From an uncultured Sulfolobales archaeon (GTDB lineage Archaea; Thermoproteota; Thermoprotei_A; Sulfolobales; Desulfurococcaceae), in the NCBI GenBank assembly GCA_938045475.1, contig CALIML010000015.1, positions 4,889 through 68,888 on the forward strand: a stretch of DNA of 64,000 bases, in the 5' to 3' direction. Below are positions 9,259-18,398 of the stretch, one piece after another (position 1 is the stretch's first letter; every line of letters begins with the position of its first letter). Below the pieces are notes generated by a model. It saw only the letters and a program-made list of their open reading frames with translations, searched no databases and had not been told where the DNA came from. A program made the position numbers and the translations under genes.

Positions 9259-9704
9259 AGCCCGGCTGTTAGGACTCATAAACTGCCCCGAGCTCTCTCG
9301 CAAATGCCATGAGTTTTTAATGCACTTACAGGACTAATGCTGCCGGAAGCTGTGGAGCTATAGCTAGTTCTAGAGCGGGGGAAACACGCATTCATGATTA
9401 AAGCACCATTAAATCTTATGTCTGGAGCATCCAAGTATGAGTAAGTGAAGGTCGGCAGCTTAGTTGCTGGGCTATCTTAAATAGCAATACAGAGTAGTTG
9501 CTGTGAAAACGTTTAGTGCAGCAAAGTAGTGCTGCACGAATTCCCCGGGAGGCGAGGCTCCTCAACAGCCTCTACGCCGTAAAGTCAATATTTTCCCAGC
9601 TCACTTAGGATTCCGGGAGCAAGGACATAGCTATGTAATTAAAACATTCCTCAGCAACCTGTGGAAGCATGACAGTGGTTTGCCATGGGTGAAAGTTACT
9701 ATGA

Positions 9705-11084
9705 TTACTTAACAACCTTTAACTCCACATGTACTTTCCTTAGCACTGACTCAAGTATGTCTATGGCTTTTTCAACGAGCTGTATTGGTATATTTAGTGG
9801 TGGAGCAAGCCTTAGAGTAGATAGACCTGCACCTATTGCTAGCACGCCTTTCTTAAACGACTCAACGAGGACTTTCTCAAGTTCTTTCTGGGCCGGAGTC
9901 TTCTTACCTCGATCTTTCACTAGCTCTACACCTATCATAAGTCCCTTCCCCCTAACGTCTCCAATGATCTCCATTTCCTCCTGCATCTCCTTAAGCCTCT
10001 TAATAATGAATTCCCCAACTCTTGCAGCTCTCTCCAACAAGCCTTCGTCCTCAATTATTCTTATGACTTCTAAAGCTACTCTACATGCTATCGGGTTTCC
10101 TCCAAATGTAGTTGCATGGCTTCCCCTAGGCAGGTTCATTAAATCGCTTCTTCCAACAACTGCTGACAACGGCAATCCAGAGGCTATAGCTTTAGCAGCA
10201 GCCAATAGATCTGGCTCAACCCCCCAGTGCTGTATGGCCCACCACTTGCCGCTTCTACCCATACCGCTCTGCACTTCATCTACAACTAGTAGGATTCCAT
10301 GCGTGTCAGCTATTTTCCTAAGTCCTGGGAGGAAGTTCTCTGGCGGAACTATATAGCCGCCCTCGCCTTGAATTGGCTCAACAAATATTGCAGAAACTTC
10401 ATCTCCGTAAACGTACTTACCTAAGATGTAGTCCTCAATGAATGATAGGGCTTGCTCACCGCACTCCACTGGGTCATCAGTGTTGAATGGACACCTATAA
10501 GGGTAGGGGTATGGAGCATGTATTATGGCTGGAAGCAGTGGGGCAAACCACCTATGCTGCATGGGCTTACTTGCCGTCAGAGTATTAGCGCCCATGGTCC
10601 TTCCATGGAATGCCCCGTAGAACGCTATAATGTAGGGCCTTTGATTCTTGAAGTAGCCTCTAGAAATCTTTATACATGCCTCTATGGCTTCAGCACCGCT
10701 ATTCCCATAAAACACCTTCTTCCCCCCAGCCATGGGGGCTATCTCAACTAGTTTTTCAGCAAGCGCTACTGCCTCCTCATAGTAGAAGTCGGTAAGACTA
10801 TAGTGCGTTATTTTTCCAAGCATTGAGCGAAGCGCCTCTACTACTCGCGGATGATTGTGCCCTACGTTAAGGACTACTAACCCACTATTCATATCAATGT
10901 ACTTGTTCCCATCAACGTCAACGACTATAGACCCGTATCCTCTATCTATGACTAATGGATACCATCTAATGAATGACTGCATTATTAGCTCTTGATCTTT
11001 ATTTATTATTTCCATGGCTTTGGGGCCTGGAGGAGGAGTATTTATTAAAGGCACCTCCTCATGCATTATAGATCCCTGCATCAA
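9705..11084 (-). CDS. Class-III PLP-dependent aminotransferase (GabT/ArgD/LysJ-like)
   Basis: 459 aa with typical blocks GNSGAEAIE, FHGRT, LLVVDEVQSGMGRSGKWW and TFGGNP. Confidence 0.85.
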   Translation of the reverse strand: MMQGSIMHEEVPLINTPPPGPKAMEIINKDQELIMQSFIRWYPLVIDRGYGSIVVDVDGNKYIDMNSGLVVLNVGHNHPRVVEALRSMLGKITHYSLTDFYYEEAVALAEKLVEIAPMAGGKKVFYGNSGAEAIEACIKISRGYFKNQRPYIIAFYGAFHGRTMGANTLTASKPMQHRWFAPLLPAIIHAPYPYPYRCPFNTDDPVECGEQALSFIEDYILGKYVYGDEVSAIFVEPIQGEGGYIVPPENFLPGLRKIADTHGILLVVDEVQSGMGRSGKWWAIQHWGVEPDLLAAAKAIASGLPLSAVVGRSDLMNLPRGSHATTFGGNPIACRVALEVIRIIEDEGLLERAARVGEFIIKRLKEMQEEMEIIGDVRGKGLMIGVELVKDRGKKTPAQKELEKVLVESFKKGVLAIGAGLSTLRLAPPLNIPIQLVEKAIDILESVLRKVHVELKVVK

Positions 11085-11116
11085 GCTATATTGAGATTGA
11101 GATATATATACGTTGA

Positions 11117-11362
11117 GTGCAAGGTTTCTGCGTGGAGGTCTGGGAATCCATGGAGATCTCTGGAGAAGATCTACAGATAGTTGAAAGATATTTATTTCTA
11201 GATAAAGCCAGGTATAGAGTTCAAGTTAAAGGAACTAACATAGTGTTCAACATTCAGGCTGAAAGCGATGAAGAAGCCATTAGGAAATCCCTTGAGTTAG
11301 CATCTAGAGTTGGGTTAACAAGGGATTTAATTAGTGAAATAAGGAAGAACATACAGCAATAG
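11117..11362 (+). CDS. Hypothetical small protein
   Basis: 81-aa ORF from the GTG. ATG 11150 is more likely, about 40 nt downstream of the TATA-like GATATATATAC. No recognisable domain. Confidence 0.4.
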   Translation: MQGFCVEVWESMEISGEDLQIVERYLFLDKARYRVQVKGTNIVFNIQAESDEEAIRKSLELASRVGLTRDLISEIRKNIQQ

Positions 11363-11393
11363 CGTTATTAAGGGCTTCTGAAAACTATAGCTT

Positions 11394-11451
11394 TTGATGA
11401 AGAAACTTGTCCCCCATTGACTATATGGATGAAGACTTTACCGCGGACTGA
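11394..11451 (+). ncRNA. Candidate C/D box sRNA (weak)
   Basis: UUGAUGA(C)-16nt-UUGA(D'?)-9nt-UGAAGA(C')-12nt-CUGA(D), 58 nt, in a convergent intergenic spacer. Only the C'/D half has canonical 12-nt spacing. Confidence 0.3.
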
Positions 11452-11697
11452 TCATATCTTTTTCGCCTTAGCTCTAGCCTTCGCCCTAAGGACTTCGTTG
11501 AGCTCGTCAGCGATCTTAGTTAAGTAGGGCTTAGCTTCATCTGGAGGGAGCTTCTCTAAAAGAATTTTCAAGAACTTAGAGGCGCACTTACTGCTGTGAA
11601 ACGATAAAATTACTTCACCACTTCTCAAAACCATTCCTTGACCCTCTGGAAATAATCTGCCGCAAACCACGCACTTGCTCTTACTCAAGCCTTGCAC
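11452..11697 (-). CDS. L24e-like / TRASH-fold zinc-binding small protein
   Basis: 81 aa. CVVCGRLFPEGQGMVLRSGEVILSFHSSKC follows the L24e pattern CxxCG..IPxGxG...R.DG..L.FCSSKC, with His replacing the third Cys. The tail is basic. It is not in a ribosomal-protein context. Confidence 0.55.
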   Translation of the reverse strand: MQGLSKSKCVVCGRLFPEGQGMVLRSGEVILSFHSSKCASKFLKILLEKLPPDEAKPYLTKIADELNEVLRAKARAKAKKI

Positions 11698-12401
11698 TCC
11701 TCAATGAGGTTGTTTGAACTAATTTTGTCCTTTAATTCACTAACGCGCTCACTATACAGCCTTAACTTAAAGCCTTTTTTCGCTGGAACTAGTTCAACGA
11801 ATCTCCTCTTCGGCTCATAATTGTAGCATAAGTCTTTTGAGAACTTTATGTAGACGTTCTGACCCTTAATCCCCGCCCTATATACTATGTAGTCTGCTGG
11901 AATCATTATTTGCTCAAACTTATATAGCTTAGCTATAGCCCACCTAAGTGGGAACGATATTGCAAATATGAATTCGTATAGAAGCAAGTAGTTTAGAAAT
12001 GATAGCAGTGTTTCACTTCCAATGACATTCCTCAACGAGTTCTCCACTACGGGGGCTAGCAATAAGCCGTACAAGTAGAACAGCACAAATATTAGTGGGA
12101 GTGGAGCAAATGACAAGAGCATTCCTTTAAACTGCTTGGAGAGCTCTTCGTTAAGCTTCTGATCAAGCATTGCAGCCTTCATAGCGTTGCTTTCTTTAAA
12201 TAATTGCACTTTTAGTTCCTCTGGCTTGGGCTTAGATCCTCTGCGCGTAGTTACTAAGGTCACTGCAAAGATCACTATTATGTATAGCATGAATATGTAG
12301 GGCATATATCCAGGCCCTAGAACTGCCGTAAGCAACGATATGAGTATTATACTGATCTGACTAATTAACAACATCCTAAGCCCAAACGCTTCCCCATTCA
12401 T
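11685..12401 (-). CDS. Hypothetical integral membrane protein
   Basis: 238-aa ORF with several hydrophobic helices. Its stop overlaps the start of the L24e-like gene by 13 nt. Confidence 0.55.
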   Translation of the reverse strand: MNGEAFGLRMLLISQISIILISLLTAVLGPGYMPYIFMLYIIVIFAVTLVTTRRGSKPKPEELKVQLFKESNAMKAAMLDQKLNEELSKQFKGMLLSFAPLPLIFVLFYLYGLLLAPVVENSLRNVIGSETLLSFLNYLLLYEFIFAISFPLRWAIAKLYKFEQIMIPADYIVYRAGIKGQNVYIKFSKDLCYNYEPKRRFVELVPAKKGFKLRLYSERVSELKDKISSNNLIEECKA

Positions 12402-12558
12402 TGCTCACACCTTATACTTCATCCCAATCTAAATATGAGAACACGTATAAATATATCCAATCTACGACGATTCAAGCACTTGGTAAAGATGCAACATATT
12501 TAAAAGCATTTAAGCAACTAGTAATTCACTGCAGCGCTCAGTCACGTGACAACTGCAT

Positions 12559-12610
12559 GTGATGAATTGCCGCAGGCTGAGGGAACTATGATGTAGGCTC
12601 GTGTTTCTGA
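12559..12610 (+). ncRNA. C/D box sRNA (2'-O-methylation guide), strong candidate
   Basis: GUGAUGA(C)-11nt-CUGA(D')-8nt-UGAUGU(C')-12nt-CUGA(D), 52 nt, in ORF-free spacer. A TATA-like ATATTTAAAAG lies at about 12495-12505 upstream. Confidence 0.6.
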
Positions 12611-12742
12611 CGCTAGCCAGCGTTTACGTTAACATTAATCTGCACTCCGCTGCCGCTCTTCATTATAATCAACTTGGTTTAAGAGAAGCATTTATAATTC
12701 GTTGAGGAAATATGTGGAGCGGGCTCTTATAGCTCTCTGTAA

Positions 12743-13330
12743 ATGGTGGTGGTAGAGAATTGCCCCGCTGGACGCAATAGTGAGGCGTGCGTTAAGCTAA
12801 GTATGAACATTTCGTTGAGACGTGAAGCATCTTTGTCGAAAACATTTAAGGCTCTGTCGCAAGCGTATGGAGGGAGTGTTGAGGCACTTGCCAATGGTAG
12901 ATCAATAGCTCTCACTCTATTTTTAAAAAGCCTTAGCGAAGACTATGTTAAGAGAGCTCTAAGCACTATTCTAGAACTCTCAACATATTTCAGTGAACTA
13001 TGCTACAGCATTAGCGCATCACTCTACGCAAACATTGATTTAAACAAGTTGGCTGTAGTTAGTAGAGCTAGAGCAGGAAATGTAAGTGTAGCAATAGCTA
13101 AGTTTAACGAGCACTTAGCAGTAATTAATAAATGGATTGGGGGGAAGAAGACTACATTAAGGCTACTCATGAAGTATGTGGGAAGCCCCGAGACTGTGGA
13201 TCCATTGCTCATACCACAGTCGCTCTTCACGAAATGCGTTAGTGGAGGAAGCTCGTTTGAAGCCCTATTAAACGACTTAAGCACTATAGCTAAGCTAATT
13301 GAGGAAGTAAAGAACTGTTGCACGCTCTAA
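12743..13330 (+). CDS. Hypothetical protein
   Basis: 195-aa ORF (alternative ATG at 12803, MNISLRRE...). No recognisable motif. Coding is inferred from length and ordinary composition only. Confidence 0.4.
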   Translation: MVVVENCPAGRNSEACVKLSMNISLRREASLSKTFKALSQAYGGSVEALANGRSIALTLFLKSLSEDYVKRALSTILELSTYFSELCYSISASLYANIDLNKLAVVSRARAGNVSVAIAKFNEHLAVINKWIGGKKTTLRLLMKYVGSPETVDPLLIPQSLFTKCVSGGSSFEALLNDLSTIAKLIEEVKNCCTL

Positions 13331-13619
13331 GCACCCATATGCTTGACGGTAGAAGTAGAGTGCCTGGAAAATGCTTGGTTGGGCTAAGCACTGGGTTGAA
13401 CCTGGCTAAAAACTATGAATGATGACTCTATAATTGATGGAGAGCTCTAAAGGGGGCAAGGATCTGTGGTAGTAAAGAATAATAACTCTATTCTTTAATG
13501 AAGTTAAAAGCGGAAGCGGATGATGAGCGCCCTATCCATCGATTAAGGATGAGTTCCTATGAACTCCGCCTGACTCAACTTTATATATTTCTACAACTCA
13601 TTCAAGTTTAGGTGAAATT

Positions 13620-13895
13620 ATGGATGAAAGCGAAGTGCCTGAGAGAGTAATTAATGTAGCAACAAGGCCCTTAAATGACTATGTATTTAATGTAGTTGTC
13701 AGCTTTAATCAGGGAATAAGTGAATTAGTTATAAAGGGCCGGGGTAAGTTCATTAGTAAGGCAGTCGATGTGTATAATGCATTGCTTAGAAGACTCGGCG
13801 ATTCAGTAGAACTAATTGGAGTAAACATAGGTAGTGAGAGATTTAAGGGAAGGAGGAGGGCTTTCATAGCAATAAAGATTAGGCACAAGTCTTAA
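13620..13895 (+). CDS. Alba-family DNA/RNA-binding protein (Alba2-like paralogue)
   Basis: 91 aa with the Alba core ELVIKGRGKFISKAVDVYNALLRRL. A TATA-like CTTTATATATTT lies about 30-40 nt upstream. Confidence 0.8.
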   Translation: MDESEVPERVINVATRPLNDYVFNVVVSFNQGISELVIKGRGKFISKAVDVYNALLRRLGDSVELIGVNIGSERFKGRRRAFIAIKIRHKS

Positions 13896-16800
13896 CCTCC
13901 AATGGTTTGAGCCTCTGTAAAGCCAGCGTCAGTGAATTCAAGTCCCTGCAGCCTAACTCTATTAACAGCTAACTCAAGGGCCTCGCTAAAGTCCCTTACA
14001 CCGCTTGCAATAGCGTCAACGAGCTCCTCCATGCATCTCGTAGCTTCTACTGTAACTAACTCTGGGTAACTAGATTCTACGTAGTTCAATGTTTCTAACC
14101 CAGCTTTTGTCGGAATAAGGTACTTCTTGTACTTAGACTCGACAACATAACCGTGCTTCTTTATCTGAACTATTGTTGGTGCATAAGTGCTTGGCCTTCC
14201 AATGCCGTTGGCCTTCATTAACTTAACTAGGCTCCCATGATCGAGTAATTTTCCTAGGGAAGATTTACGTAGCTTAACGCCCCTTAATGTAAGCCCTCCA
14301 CGGCTTATCTCCTCAATTAACCAACTATAGGTGTGAATAGGCTCAACTACGTTAAATCCTTCTACAACTACTTCTACGGGCACTTCCAAGCATATTAATT
14401 CGCCGTGAACGGGGATGGATAACTTAATGAAGCGGACTACTGCTTCACTCATCTGGCTAGCTATAAATCTCTTGAATATAAGGTCGTAAACTTTCTTATG
14501 GATTGCAGTAAAGTAGGTGGGCAGAAACAGCAATCCTTCAACTACAGCCTTCTCCACCTCACTTGAATCAAGAGGGTGAACGGGCCTGATGGCTTCATGA
14601 GTTCCTTTAGTCCCCCAGTATCTGGGAGTAAAGAACTTTCTTAAACCCCTTGACTCAAGGTACTTCTCAGCTATAGATATCCCTACGCTAGATACGTGAG
14701 TTGAATCAGTCCTATGATAAGTTATTAGCCCTCCCTCAAATAACTCTTGAGCAATCCTCATAACGGTTGGAGCCGGTATACCTAGCTTAGATGCATCACT
14801 TATGAGCTCGTCAGTAGTGTATGGCGGTTTAGGGTGTATTTTTCTATCGATAGTTTCTTCAATAAGCACTTCAATGGATCTTCCCTCTAATAACTTCTCT
14901 GCAACAAGCTTAGCCTCATCTCCATCCTTAATACATATTGATGCCCTTAGCTCAGGTTCCTTTCCCAACAGTAAGTCAATTGAATAGCATTTCCCGCGAG
15001 TCCAAGAATTATAGGAGTCTATAACCCACTTTAATGCTGGTGCCTGAACTCTGCCTATGCCAAGCCACTTCTTTGAGTACTTAGATTGTAGCTCTAAGCT
15101 TGTCTTAAACCCGATCAATCTATCTAGAACTCTCCTAAAGATCTGTGCTTGAACTAAGTTTAAATCAATAGATCTCTTATTCTTTAAGGCTTTCTCCAAA
15201 GCATTTCTAGTGACTTCATGGAACTCCACTCTATGCACATTATTATTAACGGCTCTTATAGCCATGTATACGTCGTAAGCTATTTTCTCGCCTTCAGCAT
15301 CAGGATCTGTAGAGATGAGGACTTCATCCACTTCACTTCCAAGCTTCCTCAATACATTTACTACTACAATTGAATCCCTAATGGCTCCGCTACCACACTT
15401 GGGGCATGAAGAACCGTCGGTAAACTGTGCTCCACAAAGCCTACACCTCTTTATGGTTTCATAAATGGGCATGTACGTATTAGTTGAACGCTCATATTCT
15501 ACACCGTATACCCCCCTCGATGGATCTGTTGTTAAATCATATATGTGACCTCCCGTAGCAACAATACTTAAGTAAATTAATTCATCACCGATTACGGCTG
15601 GAACTTCATAAATAAATAAGCCCCCAATTCTTCTTCTCGAGGGCTCCCCATAGAACTTAGCTATAGTCTTAGCCTTAGTTGGAGATTCAACAACCAGTAA
15701 CATGCCTCGCACACGCATCTCTCCCTTATTAACGCCAGATCTTGATGCATCAGCTTTTTTAAGCTCCTGAACTAAGTCAATTTCATTTAAATGCCTTAAG
15801 GAGGGGATTCCCATATATTCAAGCCTCTTGCTTAGCGCCTTCACTAGCTCCTTAAGCTCCTCCAGCTCTATTAACACTGATATTCCATGAGTCATAGCTC
15901 CATTCAATAGTCTTGAAGTCCTGCCAGTGGCTTGTATGTAAGTCAGTGCATCAGGCACTACAACAAAGGATTTTCCGCCGCTCCTAGATATCAATATAGT
16001 TCCAACAAGTATTTTGCCCTCCTTTTCAAGGATTTCAGTAATTGCTCCTTCAACCCACTTGGCTTCCTCCTCAATGCAATCTAAGGCCTTTAAAACTCTA
16101 TCATTGGCTACTTCACTTCTCTCAACAACTCCTCTAAGAGCTAGGCTTAGTAACCTGAGCTCTCCTGGACTAAGAGCCCTAGTGACATTGCTTAGAGCCG
16201 TTAGACGATCCCCAGTACCATAGCCTCTTTCATTCAAGTATATGAGGAGTCTGTGCAAAGTCTTAATGTTGGTGAGTGCTTTAGAAAGCTCTACTTTAAA
16301 GCACGGGGTTCCCATAAAGATCACATATTTAACTGTCCTAGGAGCATCTATGCCTCTTACGCTAATGCCGTAGTATGATGCCGACCCCACCACTCCATCT
16401 AAAAGACCGTTAACTAACTTACGTACGTTGCCCGGAGTGGCTTTAGCTACTCTCAGGCCTGTGAAGGCTTTAATTACATTCACTAATTCATCTCCACTAA
16501 TAAGGGCTCTAGCAGGGTGGTGAGGGCTGATGTAAACTATGAATCCTCCGCCCATTCCTTTTACTACATCCACGAGGGCATTCAACAGCTCTTCCTTACT
16601 CACTATAGTGTAGGAGTCTGCAACGTCTCTTCCGTAAGTAGCTATGCCTGGAACATCAAGTTCCAGCAGCTCCCTCATAACTGCTGCGTAAGGCCCCCTC
16701 AACCTCCCCGTTGCACTGGCTACAACAATTTGTCCTCTAACTTCTCTATCTTTAAACTTCCTTATGTTGTTCTCTAGATCTATATATTCCCTTAGCTCTT

Positions 16801-17554
16801 CCTCAAGTAGATGGTTTGAAACCCCTCTAGATCTTCTGCTTAAGTAGATCTTGGTTCTTAGTTCAACTAATCTCTTAGCTAAATTAATTACATCATCAGT
16901 GTACCCTAGTGCGTTAAGCAGCCTCACTATGTTCTTAGACTTGTTGAGCACTGCATCAACGTCATCCACTACTATTAAATTAAAGAACTTCCCCTTCAGT
17001 AGCTCGGGCCTCTTAGATACTAGGCCGTTTGTCAATATCAGTATGTCGTGGTCTCCGCTAATGATTTTAGCGAGTACTTCACTTCTCTCCGCTTTACTAG
17101 CGCTGGAGTCGTAGAAGAGTATCCTTGAGCTAATATTGAGCCTTCTCGCTGCTTCAATAAGTCTATCGTATACCTGCCTACCTAAGCTAACAGTTGGCGT
17201 AAGAAATAGCGCTTTCCAATTCCTTTTAGTAGCTACGTGCAGTGCATAAGCTATGAGTAAAGTAGTTTTCCCAACTCCTGTTGGAGCAATAATGCTTACG
17301 TTATCTCCTTTAAGCAGCTTCTTAAGCCAAATCCTCTGTATGTTCCACAACTCGTTGCCCCCAACCACGCTTGAGAACAGCTCCCCCACTTCATCCATTT
17401 CCTTATAGAGGTGATCCATGTAGTTACTTAACGAATAACCCCCTGCTTCCTTAGTTAAGCACTTTCTACAGACCCCGTGAGAAGCCGTGGAGATAGAGTC
17501 AACTTCCCCGCCACAGGATGGGCATAGGTTTGCGTACACAGGATTCACAGGCAA
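13892..17554 (-). CDS. rgy: Reverse gyrase
   Basis: 1220 aa. N-terminal zinc finger (CPSCGG...CRKC). SF2 helicase-like domain with Walker A APTGVGKT and VVDDVD. Toprim/topoisomerase IA domain (LLVVESPTKAK, DPDAEGE, YHRTDST). Confidence 0.97.
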   Translation of the reverse strand: MPVNPVYANLCPSCGGEVDSISTASHGVCRKCLTKEAGGYSLSNYMDHLYKEMDEVGELFSSVVGGNELWNIQRIWLKKLLKGDNVSIIAPTGVGKTTLLIAYALHVATKRNWKALFLTPTVSLGRQVYDRLIEAARRLNISSRILFYDSSASKAERSEVLAKIISGDHDILILTNGLVSKRPELLKGKFFNLIVVDDVDAVLNKSKNIVRLLNALGYTDDVINLAKRLVELRTKIYLSRRSRGVSNHLLEEELREYIDLENNIRKFKDREVRGQIVVASATGRLRGPYAAVMRELLELDVPGIATYGRDVADSYTIVSKEELLNALVDVVKGMGGGFIVYISPHHPARALISGDELVNVIKAFTGLRVAKATPGNVRKLVNGLLDGVVGSASYYGISVRGIDAPRTVKYVIFMGTPCFKVELSKALTNIKTLHRLLIYLNERGYGTGDRLTALSNVTRALSPGELRLLSLALRGVVERSEVANDRVLKALDCIEEEAKWVEGAITEILEKEGKILVGTILISRSGGKSFVVVPDALTYIQATGRTSRLLNGAMTHGISVLIELEELKELVKALSKRLEYMGIPSLRHLNEIDLVQELKKADASRSGVNKGEMRVRGMLLVVESPTKAKTIAKFYGEPSRRRIGGLFIYEVPAVIGDELIYLSIVATGGHIYDLTTDPSRGVYGVEYERSTNTYMPIYETIKRCRLCGAQFTDGSSCPKCGSGAIRDSIVVVNVLRKLGSEVDEVLISTDPDAEGEKIAYDVYMAIRAVNNNVHRVEFHEVTRNALEKALKNKRSIDLNLVQAQIFRRVLDRLIGFKTSLELQSKYSKKWLGIGRVQAPALKWVIDSYNSWTRGKCYSIDLLLGKEPELRASICIKDGDEAKLVAEKLLEGRSIEVLIEETIDRKIHPKPPYTTDELISDASKLGIPAPTVMRIAQELFEGGLITYHRTDSTHVSSVGISIAEKYLESRGLRKFFTPRYWGTKGTHEAIRPVHPLDSSEVEKAVVEGLLFLPTYFTAIHKKVYDLIFKRFIASQMSEAVVRFIKLSIPVHGELICLEVPVEVVVEGFNVVEPIHTYSWLIEEISRGGLTLRGVKLRKSSLGKLLDHGSLVKLMKANGIGRPSTYAPTIVQIKKHGYVVESKYKKYLIPTKAGLETLNYVESSYPELVTVEATRCMEELVDAIASGVRDFSEALELAVNRVRLQGLEFTDAGFTEAQTIGG

Positions 17555-17709
17555 TTACAGCAGCACCTAACTAAAGATCAGTTAAGTAAATCGCATATAA
17601 AAGAGGGAAGCATAGTAATACACTGCTCAATAAGCATTAGAGGAAAATGCTTATATACGCCGCTTTTCAATTTAAGGGTATAGCAACTCCAATAGGGTGC
17701 AGGAAGGAT

Positions 17710-18003
17710 ATGGCTCAGGCAGCACCGCAACCAAGCAACACAGTACTCGTTGGAAAAAAGAATGTAATGAACTATGTATTAGCAGTACTAACTCTAGTAC
17801 ACCAAGGCGTAAACGAAGTAGTTGTAAAAGCTAGAGGAAGAGCTATAAGTAAGGCAGTTGATGTAGCTGAAATAGTGAAGAGCAGGTTTTTGCCAGGGAA
17901 AGTAGCTGTAAAGGACATAAAGATTGGAAGCCAAACCGTTACAAACCCCGATGGACGCCAAGCGAGAGTAAGTACTATAGAGATAGTTTTAGCAGCTCAG
18001 TAA
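17710..18003 (+). CDS. albA: Alba chromatin protein (Alba1-like)
   Basis: ATG 17710 gives a 97-aa protein: [29 protein letters not shown]...[32 protein letters not shown] is at 17651-17658. The track start at 17647 lies inside the promoter. Confidence 0.9.
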   Translation: MAQAAPQPSNTVLVGKKNVMNYVLAVLTLVHQGVNEVVVKARGRAISKAVDVAEIVKSRFLPGKVAVKDIKIGSQTVTNPDGRQARVSTIEIVLAAQ

Positions 18004-18032
18004 CATTAAGTGAATAAATGAATGGAAAAACA

Positions 18033-18326
18033 TCATTTTTCTTTGACACATCTGCTCAATCTAATGTTCTTATAATGGTTAAGGAGGCCATCCAATACTA
18101 CGATCAAGTCTGTACATACGTACTCCAATTCGCTTCGCCGTGTAACTAGGCCGAGCTTCAACAACCTCCTTAAAATGCTTATTGCAGTAGATCTATTGAG
18201 GCAGAAGCTTTCCCCAACAAGATCTATTGCTTCGCCTAAGTTAAAAGATCTTCCTCCATAGGTCTTGAAGAGCGCGTAGTAAACCATGAAATCTCTCTTC
18301 TTAAACCACTTAGAGTATGGTATCAT
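18033..18326 (-). CDS. Hypothetical small protein, possible winged-helix DNA-binding fold
   Basis: 97 aa. The segment LNRSTAISILRRLLKLGLVTR resembles a wHTH recognition helix. TATA-like AAATAAAAG lies about 30 nt upstream on the minus strand. Confidence 0.45.
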   Translation of the reverse strand: MIPYSKWFKKRDFMVYYALFKTYGGRSFNLGEAIDLVGESFCLNRSTAISILRRLLKLGLVTRRSELEYVCTDLIVVLDGLLNHYKNIRLSRCVKEK

Positions 18327-18398
18327 TGTGTTTACACCTGTCGTCGGAGCTCTTTTATTTCCATGTTCGTTTTTACAGATCCATTGAGTGCTAAGTAT

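Noticed and set aside
9685-10356. 223-aa plus-strand ORF inside the aminotransferase gene. Similar long antisense ORFs occur at 21470-21904, 30739-31173, 33734-34171, 44651-45136, 47196-47630, 52607-53065 and 63136-63597.
   Set aside because: All lie entirely antisense to well-supported genes with strong family motifs. Their translations are Ser/Thr/Leu/Pro-rich and low in complexity, with no motifs. They are shadow ORFs produced by the codon bias of the opposite strand.
13520-13573. A perfect C box (AUGAUGA) and D box (CUGA) spanning 54 nt, upstream of the alba2-like gene.
   Set aside because: There is no recognisable D' (UCGA at best). The only C'-like string (GGAUGA) is 17 nt from the D box rather than 12, and there is no terminal stem. 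It remains possible but is much weaker than the candidates at 12559 and 18399.
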